From the human T2T-CHM13v2.0 reference genome, Homo sapiens: a DNA stretch of 64,000 nt. The DNA is taken from NCBI RefSeq assembly GCF_009914755.1, contig NC_060927.1, one strand, 5' to 3'. The notes below the pieces were generated by a model, which saw only the letters and a list, made by a program, of their open reading frames with translations, ran no database searches and had not been told where the DNA came from. A program made the translations under genes and the position numbers. Shown one piece after another: positions 10,850-28,290 of the stretch. Each line of letters begins with the position of its first letter. Within the stretch, counting starts at the first letter, position 1.

Positions 10850-12485
10850 TTTTCTCAAATCCTATATCATAAAATGGGCTCACTACCCTGATATATGCAC
10901 AGGAGCATTCTCTCTCCACTTCCAATCATTACTGAATTTCTTGAAATAAGAGTCTATATTTCTATCTACATGCCCACTAACAATCATTGTTATCTGGCTT
11001 CTATGCTAACGGCTTTTTCAAACTGATTGTTTTTTCCAAACCCAATATTTTATCCATTCCCTTCTGCTCCAAATTTTATGGCGCATTTGACAGGATGAAT
11101 CATTCTTAGCTTGAATTTCTCTGGTTTCTTGGCCTTTGTGGCATTCTACTTTGCTGCAGTTTTTTTTCCTACCAATTCTATAACTGAAATTTCTGTGATT
11201 TGATTTCCTCCTCCGGAACTCTAAATGTCTAAATGAAGCTCCGAATTGAACCTCAAGAAACAAATTATCAAGGGAGGTAATATATGAGGCAAAAAGAGAG
11301 TAACCTCACATAGTCTGATAGCTTCAATTATCACACATCATGGCCAACTCCAAAGTCATAATATCTGGCCTTCATTTATCTCTGGATTGCTAGGTCTACA
11401 GTATTTCAACTTGCCTCTTGAATATCTGGGGAACCCTTAAGCCCTACAAACTCAGTCTATACCCAACTGAACTTACTTTCTTACTTCCTAAATTCATTCC
11501 TCCTCCTGAATTCATCATTTTTTAAATGGTACCATCTTTCCACTCAAAAACCCACTTGACCCTTTTGTTAATTTGTCCCTGTTCTCCTTACTTCTGCCAC
11601 TCACCACAACAACCTTCTTTTACCTAATCCAATTAGGTTTCAAGAATTACCGTCTTGTAATAACTCAAAGCTTCCTGGGTACTTCTCCATTTCCCTTGCT
11701 GCTTTCCAAGTTCAGGTCTTCATTATTACTCAATTTGGTATTATAATAGCTTCTCATTGTTTTTCTTTATTTTTCTCCCATATTCAATCTTATTTACTCT
11801 CTAATAACTACAAAGTATTCCTGAAAAACTTTTCTTGCTGGAAATAGACTGCTTCCATGTCCTATAGACCTTAATTCAGTCACCTCAACATGCTAGGATG
11901 TTGTCATCTATTTTGACATGTGTCAAAGTAATTTGTCATCATTGATCATTAAAATGGTGATGTTTGACAATAACTTGCATTAAAAATTATAACAGATTTA
12001 TAACATTTATGGCTCTTCCCAATTCGGCCCCAATCTTGTTCTCTACTTCTCCTTACATACCCTACGTGCTGACAAGAAAACAGCAATAATCACAAAATCC
12101 TAAATTCCTTGTTGCTCACATACATCACTTATATAGGCTTTTTCTACTCTCCCTTTGCCTGCGTTGCTCCTTCTGCCTAGAAATCCTCAGTACTTTATTA
12201 TGCAGACTAGAGGTCTAAAGGTCAGAGATAAATGTCCTCACCTTTACGAACATTTGACTCTCCTCCTCTTCCCTCAAGCCAGAAAGAAATGCTTTACATT
12301 CTGGAATTTAATAGTAATTTACCTACTCTTCTGGTGAAGTAGGAAATACCTTCTCATTAATCTTCTAGTTTTAAAAGTAATATTTTAATTATATACCAGG
12401 ATATAAGCCCCTTGAAAATAAGAACTGTTTATATACCTCACAATGCCTACACAGGATCGGTGTTCAAAAAAATTTATTGAATAAA
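10850..12485 (+). mobile_element. Degraded L2 LINE, 3' portion
   Basis: Pyrimidine-rich L2-like text (gcttcaattatcac, ccctacaaactcagtctatacccaactgaactt) ending in L2-like tail tttattgaataaa. Confidence 0.65.
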
Positions 12486-14072
12486 CTTTACAAATACTTT
12501 GTTAATTTATTTGTTTGACATAGCCCTCTGCAAACCTAACAATTTCCCTATAAAACACCTCTTCTGAATCATTTATTCATGTATTAAGTTAAAGTAATCA
12601 TAACACTTTTTTTCCTGGAAATACCACTGTATCATTTCTCTATTTTATGAGAAAAAAAATTATCTGTAAATGGAGTTTTCTACTTCTCAGCTAATTTCAT
12701 TATTTTTCTCAACCCTCTGATTGATGGAAGTGGTAAATCTTGTTGTAAAAATTATAATACACTTTTCCAAAGTCCAAATGAAGCCTTAATTACAGCATAT
12801 CCAATATTTCTGTACTTATAAATTGCCTCAAGGAAACTAGTTGATTAATTTAATACAAATTTTCCTTTAAAGATATTATATTCACCTTCTTATAGAATAT
12901 ATTTGCAGAAGCAAAGCCAAGACTCCTGATTTCCAGCTCGATATCAATTTTATTTTTCCACTGTACCCACAGCCTGTGAAGGAAGTAAGGTCAGTTCAGC
13001 TTGGGTGGGGCCGGATATGACACAGGGTTGAGAAGCTGCTTATAAAAAGGAAAATAATTTCAAAAATGAATCAAAATCACACAGTATCTGTTATTGCAGA
13101 GAGCAGAAGGGACCAAGAGAGCTTACTAATTTATTCTTTTGCCCTGGGGACAAGACCACCCCTAAACTTTTCTGAAATAGTGGTCACCTCTTTTTATCTT
13201 TTGAACACAAGGAATCTCTAGTATATGTCATGATTTTGTTTTATTTCATGCATTTTACTTTTCTGTACTGGTTAGCAACAGGAAAAATTTACCAACAAGC
13301 TCTTTCTGACAGAAGAGGTATGCTGAACCCATAATTGTCTGAGTTATAACCTTGAGCTTGGAATAAAATTTTTGATAATGTCATACAGTTGACCTTTTTA
13401 GCAAATAGAGTGTAAGCATTTTTTTTTTCACCAAAGGTACTTAATTTACTAAGACTGCAATTGGAAATTTTAAAGAAAAATGGGAAACACAAAACTTCCC
13501 CTTTGTGAAAAGAAGAAAAAAATTTGGAGGCAGATGCAGAATGGATAGTTTTAGCAAGGGTTTCGTTTGCAATGTCTTCTATGCTGCTGAATGACTTTAG
13601 GTTGGGAAAAGTGAAGATCTTTACTCAGAGAGGGAAAATGAAAAGCAACTTCTGATTATTTCCCCAAAGGGAAGGTGGGTAACTAAAGCCTTCTAAGCTT
13701 CTCCTCAATTTTAGCAAGATGCATTTGTTTGATAGAAGATATTTGGTATTTAGGATACCATGGGGACTACATTCCTAAAACTGCTGAATTGCAATGGATG
13801 TAAAAGAATTTGTCACAACCATTATGGTTTTCTTGCATTGGTGTGCTTTCATAAATCATTGCTTATTGCAAACTCCATGGACACATGCCATAGAAAAGAC
13901 TGAAGGGTTTTTTCACTTTCACGGTGGAATTTGTTTCTCAAAGGCAGAAACAATCAGCAGAACTTTCAAGGAGAAAGGGCAACTTCTGTGCCAAATCCTC
14001 CTAACTCATAAAAATTATATGAAAGAAAGAATCATGTCATTGGGTATTGTGCAAGTACATATGCATGCTTGC

Positions 14073-14134
14073 TCTCTCTCTACCCCCTTTCTTTTTCTCT
14101 CCTCCCTCCCGCCCTCCTTTTCTCCCTCTCTCTC

Positions 14135-14165
<31 letters not shown>

Positions 14166-14177
14166 TCACTCTCACAC
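14073..14177. repeat. CT-rich tract followed by (CA)n
   Basis: Polypyrimidine tract, then a (CA) run from ~14135. Confidence 0.9.
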
Positions 14178-14862
14178 TGTACTGTCCTTTGTGAAGCAGA
14201 TCAATATTTCAGACACAAATGAGGTGAGCTCAAGGGAAGAGAGATTCATATTGAGGTGTGAAAATATTTTAGGAAAAAAAAGACAGATCCATTTAAAAGT
14301 ACAAATACACCCAATAAATCATGATGAGCTTGGTAGGGTGACTGCTCTTCCTTCTGGCAGCTTTGTAATTACTCTCTCAATACAGCAACAACTTTCTTTG
14401 GAAACCGACATTCTGCATGCAAGACAATTACAGCACTGAGTATCACTGCTGGCCAAGGCCCAGACTATGTATGTCACAATCCATTAGTTAAGAGATGTAT
14501 CTGAGCAGCCTGAAGTTTATTAAACCCAAGTGCCACTTTTCCCGATCACTTTTCTCTAGGTCTCCCAAGGGCAGTCATCGACTATTTCTAATAATTCATC
14601 AATCCAGTCTGCAAATAATTCTCTGTAAGCCCAGACTTTATGAATTATTAAGCTGATCTCTGGGATCTCATAATTCCCAATTCAGCTCTCCCCAAACAGT
14701 CTTCTAATCTTTTGTTGCAGCTCCCAATTAAAGATCATCAGAAGACACTATAACTAATGAAGAACATTATTTCACTTTATTTCATGAGAAACTGATTTGT
14801 CTAGATTTGTGTTTGAGTGCTTAGAGTATGTATTGAAAAGTTCAAGATAGATAGCATATTGA

Positions 14863-15221
<359 letters not shown>

Positions 15222-16118
15222 AGAAATACCTTTCTTGTTTACACCTACCCATTTTATATTTAAGCATGTGATGACTTGCGTTATCCACTAATTAGTTCAC
15301 ATGTTAAAACATCATTTTCCCAATTAGTTTTTAAGGGAAGAGGCCAAGTCTTGAATGGTCTCATCTTGCCAGCAATAGCGTGCTGCAGCTGGCTTGTACA
15401 GCTTGTGAGAGCCAAATTTAAAATTTTCAGGAAATTTTAAAAGCCATTATTAAAAATCAAAATACATAGACATACAATTAGACAAATTATGCTAAAAGCG
15501 AAAGAATAAATGGTCAAAACTCATTATCTTTTATTTTTCTATATTTACTACTGTCTGTGATCTGGAGGTTATTTAAACCCATTATATTTTATGTTGCAAA
15601 TACCATATAATGATGTGCCGCTGTGCATCTTTTCACAACTTCATCTTCACTGATTTCACATTCAATGATTTCATGATAATACATGGAAAGTAGCCATGGT
15701 GGGAATATTCATACCACAGAAATCAGCAAATATAAGCATACTTCTTTTTACTGTACTCCACAAAGATTGCATTTTTTACAAATTGAAGGTTTGTGGCAAT
15801 CCTGAGTCAAGCAAGTCTATCAGCGCCATTTCTCCAACAACATGCGCTCACTTCATGTCTCTATGTCACATTTGGGTAATTCTCACAATATTTTAAACTT
15901 TTTCATTATTGTCATATGTGTTATGGTGATCTGTGATCAGTGACAGCGATCTTTGATGTGACTGTTGTAATTGTTTTTGGGTGCCACTACCATGCTCATT
16001 ATTAGACTGCGAACTTCATCAATAAATGTTGAGTGTGTTCTCACTGCTCCCCTGACTAGCTGTTCCCACACCTCTCCTTCTCCTCAAGCCTCTTTATTCC
16101 TTGAGATACTACAATATT

Positions 16119-17210
16119 TATTTATCTATTTAACTTTTATTTTCAGTTTGGGGTACATGTGCATGTTTGTTATAGAGGTAAATTGTGTGTCATGGGAGCT
16201 TGGTGTCCAGATTATTTCAGCTCCCAGACAATAAGCATACCTGGATTGCACTCCAGCCTGGGCATCAAAGTGAGACTCTGCCCAAAAAAAAAAAAATAAA
16301 ATAAAATAAGCATACCTGGGTGGTGAAATAATACCTGAAAGGTAGTTTTTTGAGCCTCATCTTCCTCCCACCGTCCATCTCCAAGCAGGCCCCAATATCT
16401 GTTGTTCACCTTTTTGTCTCCATAAGTACTCAATGTTTAGCCCTCATTAGAAGTCAGAACAAGCAGTATTTGGTTTTTGTTCCTATGTTAGTTCACTTAG
16501 AATAATGACCGTTAGCACCATTGATGTTGCTGCAAAGGACGTGATCTCATTTTTTTATGTCTGTGTAGTGTTCCACAGTGTATTATGTACCATATTTTCT
16601 TTATCCAGTCTACAGTTAATGGGCATTTAAGTTGATTCCATGTCTTTGCTGTTGTGAATAATGCTGCAATGAATATATGCATGCAAGTGTCTTTATGGTA
16701 GAATTATTTCTATTCCTTTGATTATATACCCAATAATGGGGTTACTGGGTTGAATCAAATTTTTGCTTGGAGTTCTTTGAGAAGTCACTAAACCGCTTTC
16801 CACAATGGCTGAATTGATTTACCATCCCACCAGCAGCGTTTAAGTGTTCCCTATTCTCTTCAACCTCTCCAGCATCTGTCATTTTTGATGTTTTAATAAA
16901 ATAGCTATTCTGACTAGTGTAAGATGGTATTTTACTGTGTTTTTGATTTGCATTTCTCTAATGATTAGTGATTTTGAGCATTTTTTCATATGCTTTTTGG
17001 CTGCATGTATGTCTTCTTTTGAAAAGTGTCTGTTCATGTCCTTTGCCCACTTTTAATGGTTTTTTGTTTGTTTGTTTTTTGTTTTTTTGTAAATTTGTTT
17101 AGGTTCCTTATAGATCCTGAATATTGGATCTTTATCAGATGTTTAGTTTACAAATATTTTCTCCCATTCTGTAGGTTGTCTGTTTACTCTGCTGAAAGTT
17201 TATTTTGCTG
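16119..17210 (-). mobile_element. L1PA15/16-type 3' fragment inserted in Tigger1
   Basis: Antisense L1 3' UTR and ORF2 end; degenerate TSD gagatactacaatatt/gagacacaaaaatatt. Confidence 0.9.
16245..16304 (+). mobile_element. Extremely 5'-truncated Alu (~38 nt plus A tail)
   Basis: attgcactccagcctgggcatcaaagtgagactctg plus A tail; perfect 15 bp TSD aataagcatacctgg. Confidence 0.92.
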
Positions 17211-18071
17211 GAGACACAAAAATATTTAAATTAGATAATTAATAACCCTACACTGGCCTCTAAGTGCTCAAGGGAAAGGAGGAGTCAAATGTTTCTAACT
17301 TTAAATCAAAAGCTAGAAATGATTACACTTAGTGAGGAAGGCATTTGAGCCTTCCTCAGCTGAGGTAGGCTGAAAGCTAGGCCTCTTGCTCCAAACAAGC
17401 AAGTTAACCAAGATGTGAATGCAAAGAAAAAGCTCTTGAAGGTAGTTAAAAGTGCTATTCAGTGAACATGTGAATGATAAGAAAGTCAAACAACCTTAAT
17501 GCTGATGTGGAAAAAGTTTTAAGGTCTAGATAAAATATCAAACCGGCTAAAACATTCCCTTAAGTTAAAGCCTAACCCAGAACACGGCCCTAATTCTCTA
17601 ATTCTATGAACTCTGAGAGCGGTGAGGAAGCTGCAGGAGAAATATTTGAAGTTAGCAGAGGTTGACTCACAAGGTTTTAGGAAAGAAGTTGTCTCCATGA
17701 CAAAAAAAAAAAATGCAAGGTGAAACAGTAAGTAGTACACCAAGTTATAGAGATGATCCAACTAAAATAATTGATGAAGGTGGCTACCCTAAACGACAGG
17801 ATTTCAATGTAGATGAAATAGCATTAGATTGGAAGAAGATACCGTTTAGGATTTTCATAGCTAAAGAAAAGTCAATCCCTGCTTCAAAGATGCAAAGGAT
17901 AGGCTGAGTCTCTTACTAGGGGCAATGTAACTGTGACCTTAAGTTGAAGTCAATGTTCATTTACCATTCTGAAAAATCCTAGTCCCTTTAGAGTTATGCT
18001 AAATCTACCCTGTCTGCGCTCTATACATAGAAAAACAAAACCTAGATAACATCACGTACGTTCACAGCATG

Positions 18072-18252
18072 TTTTTTTTTTAATGAAAAAAGAATTATAT
18101 ATTTGGTTAAACCTTGAAGAGGAAGATATCCACTTGTCTAGCCCACAAGTATGTTCTTTTGTTTTTGTTTGTTTGTTTATTTGTTTTTAAATTTTTTCTG
18201 GGTACATAGTAGGTATATATACTTATGGGGTACATGAGATGTTTTGATACAG
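18072..18252 (-). mobile_element. L1MA1-3-type extreme 3' end with a second tail (probable 3' transduction)
   Basis: T10, ~70 nt unique sequence, (tttg)n tail, then gggtacatagtaggtatatatacttatggggtacatgagatgttttgatacag; TSD cacagcatg/tacggcatg. Confidence 0.8.
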
Positions 18253-18939
18253 TACGGCATGGGTTACTGAATATCTTAAGCCTACTGTTGGAACCTACAT
18301 CTCAGAAAAAAAAGTATTTCAAAATATTATTGCTCACTGACAATGCACCTAGTAATGTAAGAACTCTGATGGAGATGTACAGGGAGGTTACAGTTGTTTT
18401 TATGCCTGCTAACATGACACTCATTTTGCAGCCCATCAATAAAGAAGTAATTTTGACTTGCAATAATATTATTTAAGAAATATGTTTTGTAAGGCTATCA
18501 CCGCTATAGATAGTGATTCCTCCAATAGACCTGGGAAAAGAAAACTAAAAATCTTCTAGAAATGATTCAATATTCTAGTTATCTTTAAGAACATTTGTGA
18601 TTCATGGGAAGAGAACAAATATCAACATTAATAAGAGTTCGGATGAAGTTGATTCCAACCCTCATAGATGATTTGGAGGGGTTCAAGACTTCAGCGGAGG
18701 AATAAACTACAGATGTTGTGGAAACAGCAAAATAAATAGAATTAGAAGTTGAGCCTGAAGATGTTACTGAATTGCTGCAATCTCATGATGAAACTTTAAT
18801 AAATGAGGTGTTGCTTCTAATGGATGAGCAAAGAGAATGGTTTCTTGAGATGGAAACTACTCCTGTTGAAGATAATCGCAGAGACAAAGAAGAACATTAT
18901 ATAATGATAAAAAGATAAATCACAAAGAAAATCTAACAG

Positions 18940-18940
<1 letters not shown>

Positions 18941-18982
<42 letters not shown>
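18941..18982. repeat. (TA)21 microsatellite inside the L1MB
   Basis: Perfect run. Confidence 0.97.
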
Positions 18983-18984
<2 letters not shown>

Positions 18985-19715
18985 AAAATCAACCTCAGAT
19001 ATCCATGTATGTGAAGCAAAAATTGATGAAATTGAAGGGAGAAGTAGATAGTAACACAGCAATTGTAAGATATTTCAGTACTTCACTTTCAATAATGGAT
19101 AAAACAATCAGACAGTTGATCCATAAAGAAACAGAAAAATTCAGCAACACTGTAGACAAATTGGACCCAACAAAAATGCAGAACACTCCAAGCAACAACA
19201 GCAGAATACACATTCTTCTTAAAAGCATAAATAACATTATCTAGGATAGATCATTTAGGCCACAAAACAAGTCTTAACAAATTTAAGAAAGTTAAAATCA
19301 TCCCAAGTATCTTTTCTGGCCACAATGGAATGAAATAATAAATCATTAGCAGAAGGAAAACCAGAAATTCTCTAAGTATGTGGAAATTAAACAACATACT
19401 CTTGAACAACTAATGGGTGAAAGATAAAGTCAGAAGGGAAATTAGAAAATATCTTAAGACAAATGAAAACACAAATATAGCATGCCAAAAATTATAGGGT
19501 GCAGCAAAAGCAGTACTGAGAGAAGTTTAGAGCAGTAAAAGACGACCTTAAAAAAGAAGAAAGATCACAAATTGACAACTTAATTTTATACCACCAGAAA
19601 GGAGAAAAATATGAGCAAAATAAACCAAAGTTAGTAGAAGAAGGAAGTAATAAATATTAGAGCAGAAATAAATAAAATGAAGAATAGAAGAATAATAGAA
19701 AAGTTTTTATGTTGA

Positions 19716-22941
<3,226 letters not shown>

Positions 22942-25900
22942 AAGAGTTATGAAGAGTTAATGAAACTAAGAGTTAGTTTTTCGAGAGATCAACAAAATTG
23001 ACAGACCCTTTAACTAAAAAAAGAGAGAACATTCAAGTAACAAAAATAAAAAATGACAGAGGAAACATCACAATTAGTACCAAAGAAATAAAAAGATTAT
23101 GAGACTCCTATGAATAATTATATGCCAACAAATTGAATAACCTAGAAGATATAGAGAAATTTCCAGAAACATACAAATTACCAAGGCTGAAATGTAAAGA
23201 AATAAAAAATCTGAACAGATCTATAATGAGTAAGAAGATTGAATCAGTAATCAAAAATTTCCCAACAAAGAAAAACCCAGCACCAGATGGCTTCACTGGA
23301 GAATTCTACCGAACTTTTTTTCTTTTTTTTTTTTTAACACAGAATAGATTAACATCAATTCTTCACAATTTTTTCCAAAAATTGAAGTGAAGGGAACACT
23401 TCCAAACTTATTTTATGAGGTCAGCATTACTTCAATATCAAAACTAGACAAAGATACTCAAACAAAACTATAGACCAATATACTTGAGGAATATTAATAA
23501 AAAAAACTTCAACAAAATAGTAGCAAAACAATTCAACAGCATGTTAAAAAGATTATACACCATGACTAAGTGGGCTATATCTCTGAGATGTAGTGTAACT
23601 TAACATACAAAAATCAAACAATGTAATACATAAAATTAAGAACATGGAGGATAAAAATTACATGATCATCTCAGTTGATACAGAAAAAAGAATTTGAAAA
23701 AAATTCAACATACTTTTACGATAAAACACATTAAAAAACTAGGAATACAAGAAAAGTAACTCAACATGATGAAAGGAATATATGAAAATATTATAGATAA
23801 CATCGTATTCCACAGTGAAAAACTGAAAGCTTTTCCTCTAAGATCAGGAACAAAGCAAGGATGACCACTCTCACCATTTCTTCAACATAGTACTTAAAAG
23901 TCCTAGCCAGGCCAGTTACACAAGAAAAAGAAATAAAAGGAAATTACAAAGCAAGTAATAAAACTATTTCTGTTTGCAGAAGACATGATTGTTTTTATAT
24001 TCCAATGGTGAACAATCTATAAAAGAAAGTAAGAAAATAATCCCATTAACAATAGCATCAAAACTGGAATATTTAGGAATAAACTTAACCAAGTAGGTCA
24101 AAGACTGATTCCCTGAAAACTATAAGACATTGCTGAAATAAATTGAGGAAGATAGAAATAAATGAAAATATTATTCTGTGTTCATGGACTAGAAGACCTA
24201 ATATTGTTAAAATGTTCAAACTGCCCAAAGCGATCTACAGATTCAGCACAATCCATATGAAAATCTCTGGTATTTTTTGCTGAAATAGAATACATTCTAA
24301 AATCACACAGAATTTCAAGTGAGGTTCTGAATAACTCCTTGAATAGCAAAAAACATCCTAAGAAAGAATAACAAAGGTGGAGGTCTCCCAGTTGCTGTCA
24401 AAACATATTATAAAGCTGCAATAATCAAAACAGTATGGTACTTGCATAAATACAGACATATAGTTGCTTTTTAGTATACATCCAGAAGAACTGAAAGCAG
24501 AATATTGAAAATATATTTGCACACCTTTGTTTATTGTAGCATTAATCAAAACAGCCAAGAGATGGAAGCAACCTAAATGTTCATCAATAAATGAATAAAG
24601 AAAATGTGATATATATACACATACAAAGGAATATTATTCAGCCTTATAAAAGGAGAAATTTCTATCCTATGCTACGACATGAATGAAACTTGAAGACTTT
24701 ATGCTAAGTGAAATAAGCTCATCACAAAAAGAGAAATACTGCATGACTACACCTATATCAGGTATCTACAGTGGTCAAACTCAGAGTAACAGAAAGTAGA
24801 ATGTGGTCACCAGAAGATGGTGGGGAAGGGGAATGTGAGGAATTGTTTAATGTGTATAGAGTTCCAGTTTTGCGAGGTGAAAAATTTCCAATGATCTGTT
24901 ACCCAACAACGTGCATACAGTTAACACTATTGTATCATACACTTAAGGATGGTTAAGATGGTAAATTTCATGTTATGAGTTTTTAACACAATAAAAAGCT
25001 TATAGGAGGAGAATATTAGCAAGGTAATTATGAGCATTGGATTCTGACAAACCTAGCTTATGTTGGATGAGGAGTTGCTTTTTATCAATGAGCAAAGAAA
25101 GTAGTTTCTTGAGATGAAATCTATTCCTGCTGAAGATACTGTGAATATTATTGAAATGTCAACAAATAATTTAGAATATTACAAAAATTTAGTTGATAAA
25201 GGAGTGGTAGATTTTAAGAGGACTGACTCCAATTTTGACACAAATTCTACTGTTGGTAAAGAGATCACTTGCTATAGAGAAATCTTTTATGAAAGGAAGA
25301 GTCAATTGATGGTGCAAACTTCATTGCTATCATATTTTAAGAAATTACTAGTCACTGCAACCTTCAGCAACCACTGCCCTGGTCAATCAGCAGGCATCAT
25401 AATTGAGGCAATATCCTCCACCAGCCAATTATGACTCACTGAAGACTCAAATGATCATTAGCAGTATTTTATCAGTACTTTTTAATTCAGATATGTACTT
25501 TTTTAGACATAATACTATTGTTGCACACTTAATAGAATATAGTATAGTATAAACATAGCTTTTATATGCACTAGGAAACCAAAACCTTTTTGTGATTTGC
25601 TTTATTGTGATATTCACTTTGTTACAGTTGTCTGGAACTGAACCTGCAATATCTCTAAGACATGCCTGTACTAGAAATCAGGGTTCTCTGCCTAACCCAG
25701 AGAGCTGGTTGATAAACACTTACTAGCACATTACTGATTACTGTCTAAGTCACCTAAGCAATATAAGCTTCAGAATTATGCTCCAAAAAGTAGAAAAGGA
25801 AACCATGATACTAGACAAATCAGTCTTCTTCTCACTAATCCCCTCTGGCACAGCTCTTATTTGTTATGGCCATATTCTATACTGGGCTACTTTCCTAGGG

Positions 25901-26313
25901 TCACCCCTAATCATAGATCCTTGCACCAAGTGTGGGCCCCAAATATTGTAGATGGCATTTGGCTTGTATGACCAATTTTCTCCCACTGAATACTAGAACC
26001 AGGAAAGTAAGTAAATGAGGCACCAGCTAATGGGCCATGAGATCGACCTGAAGACAAGGATATTGTAGTCTGAGTCCCCACACTAGTCTTGGGAAAGATG
26101 TTTTTTTATTTTTATTTTTATTTTTTTTTTTAGTCTGCCACTCACCATGATAAGCTACAACAGGGGCCTTGAAGAATTCCTCAGCTGTAGTTTCTGAATT
26201 CTTTGGACTTCATTTTGTGCAAAGGATGAGGCCGTAATCAAAGGTGCAATGATTAGAAATGACTAAATCATGAGCTTCTTCTATGAGAGCGTCAAGTAAG
26301 TTCATATCTTAAC

Positions 26314-26540
26314 AATAATTGCTAACATTTATTGAACACTTGCTACATGCTGAGCACTACACTAAGTACTTTATACATGATTTCATTTGACTCTAACAAC
26401 TTTATAAAGAAGGTACAATTATTATTCCATTTTGAAGAGGGAAAAACAGAAACTAAGCTTAAAGTAACATGCTTGTTCACATAGCTAGCAAGTGATAGAA
26501 CTGGGCAAATCTGTTTCTAGAACCCCTACTCTTAGCCAGG
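26314..26540 (-). mobile_element. MIR SINE
   Basis: gctaacatttattgaacacttgctacatgc...cacatagctagcaagtgatagaactggg. Confidence 0.85.
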
Positions 26541-26899
26541 CACAAAACTAAAACCCATGTCAGCAAAATATTTAGCCCCTAAATAGAAACAGATGATCAA
26601 AAGCTTAGACGCTTTAGCAGCATTAGTGAGAACAAGCAAAACACTGCCATTAGTGGGATTTTTAGTTTTCTGACATCCAAGCTGCCACCAGGTTTCCAAT
26701 GATTAGGGAACTGATAAGAGACTCAACTAGATTTGTTTTTAAATCACACGAGTGCTCCTTTAGTTGATCTGAAGATTCATTATTTGAGATGGCATCCAGG
26801 ACAAAGAAAGAGATCTTCCCAGTCTACCTTGGTGATCAAGTGTTGCTATATCATAAGTTTGATTCTAGGCGGGAAATGAGACATTGATCAACTGAGTTA

Positions 26900-27290
26900 G
26901 GGGGGACCATTTAGGAAAGTGAAATGAAGGACCCTCTGAAAATGAGGAACACTTGATTAAAAAAAAGAAGAGCATAATTAGCCTGGAGCAGGGTAGAGTT
27001 AGGGAACATATCAGAAATGCTCGTAAATACTTGATGGACCATCATTTTAAAAAAAAGATATCTTACTTTTGACCTAAAGAGCAGAATTAAATTCAACTTG
27101 GAAAAGTTGGAGAAAGGAAAATTTTTTTGAAAGAAAATATGTAATGATTAGAGCTGTTAAAAAACAAAGTGACCTGCCTGATACAGTAGTGAGTTTCCTA
27201 TATCATTAAAGGTATTCAAACAGGGCTGAGAAATCCTGGTATAAGAGATTCAGGTGATCTTTGAGGTCATTTCTAACTTTGATATTACCC
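26900..27290 (+). mobile_element. L3/CR1 LINE 3' end
   Basis: ttagcctggagcagggtagagttaggg...gtagtgagtttcctatatcattaaaggtattcaaacagggctg...gatctttgaggtcatttctaac. Confidence 0.65.
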
Positions 27291-28049
27291 TATCGATTTA
27301 GAAAAACAAAGAATTGGGATCTTTTCTTAATTACTCTTAGCTCCATTATCTGTAATCACATAAAATCTAAGTTTTCTGAAAATAAGTTCTTCCTAGGCAG
27401 CCTCCCTTCAAAGGCCAACGCTGAATATGTGGCATAGAGAGTGGGTAGAGAAGAGATGAACTAGAGTGCAAAAAGCACTCATCAGCTAAGCTCAAAAAAG
27501 GCAACCTCTGACCTTGGAGTAAGAGAGAGCTGTTTTCAGCAGAAAATATAAAATGTTATGTAGTTGTAGGAAATGTTATAGGAAAGAAGGGCCAATTAGA
27601 AAGAAAAAGAGAGAATATTCAGAGAAGGATACATGTTATCTTTTCAGAAACACTTCCCAAATCAATGGAATATCAGCTCCAAAAAATGTAAGAATGTGAT
27701 GTAGTAAAAATAGGAAAGTTAGCAAAAGGTAGGAATACAATGTAATTTTATTTCAATATATACTTTAAAAATCTTGGACAAATACTATGTATAATTGCTA
27801 TCAATAGGCTAGTTTGTCTGATGTTATGTATTTGGCAACCTGTTCATCATCACTTTTAGCATCTCATTGCTCTGGTTAAGTGTACTATTCCAGGTGAAAG
27901 TGTAAACCATAATTGTTTTAAGCCAGAAATGCAGTAACAACTAATTTGACAACGTAAGTAGAATTTTTCCGCGGAGGCTGGTGTTTATCTGTTGAAAACA
28001 AAACATTTTGGTTATCTGATTTGTAGCTTCCCTCATGCATGAGGTGGAT

Positions 28050-28290
28050 TAGATAGTAATTAAGAGGTCAGGCTCTGTGGTTAGACTGCCTTCATTTGAA
28101 TGTCAATTTAGGCTGACCTTGAGGAAGTCACTTAACTTCTCTGTGTCTCATTTATATGTACAATGGGTATGAAAATTGTAGGCTTGTTGTGAGAAACAAA
28201 TTAAGTAATATATACATAAAGTAAAGCATTTAAGATAGTGCCTGGCCATAATAGACACTCAATAATTTATAATAATAATTGCTATTATTA
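28050..28290 (+). mobile_element. MIR SINE
   Basis: ggctctgtggttagactgcc...tgaccttgaggaagtcacttaacttctctgtgtctca...agtgcctggc. Confidence 0.88.
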
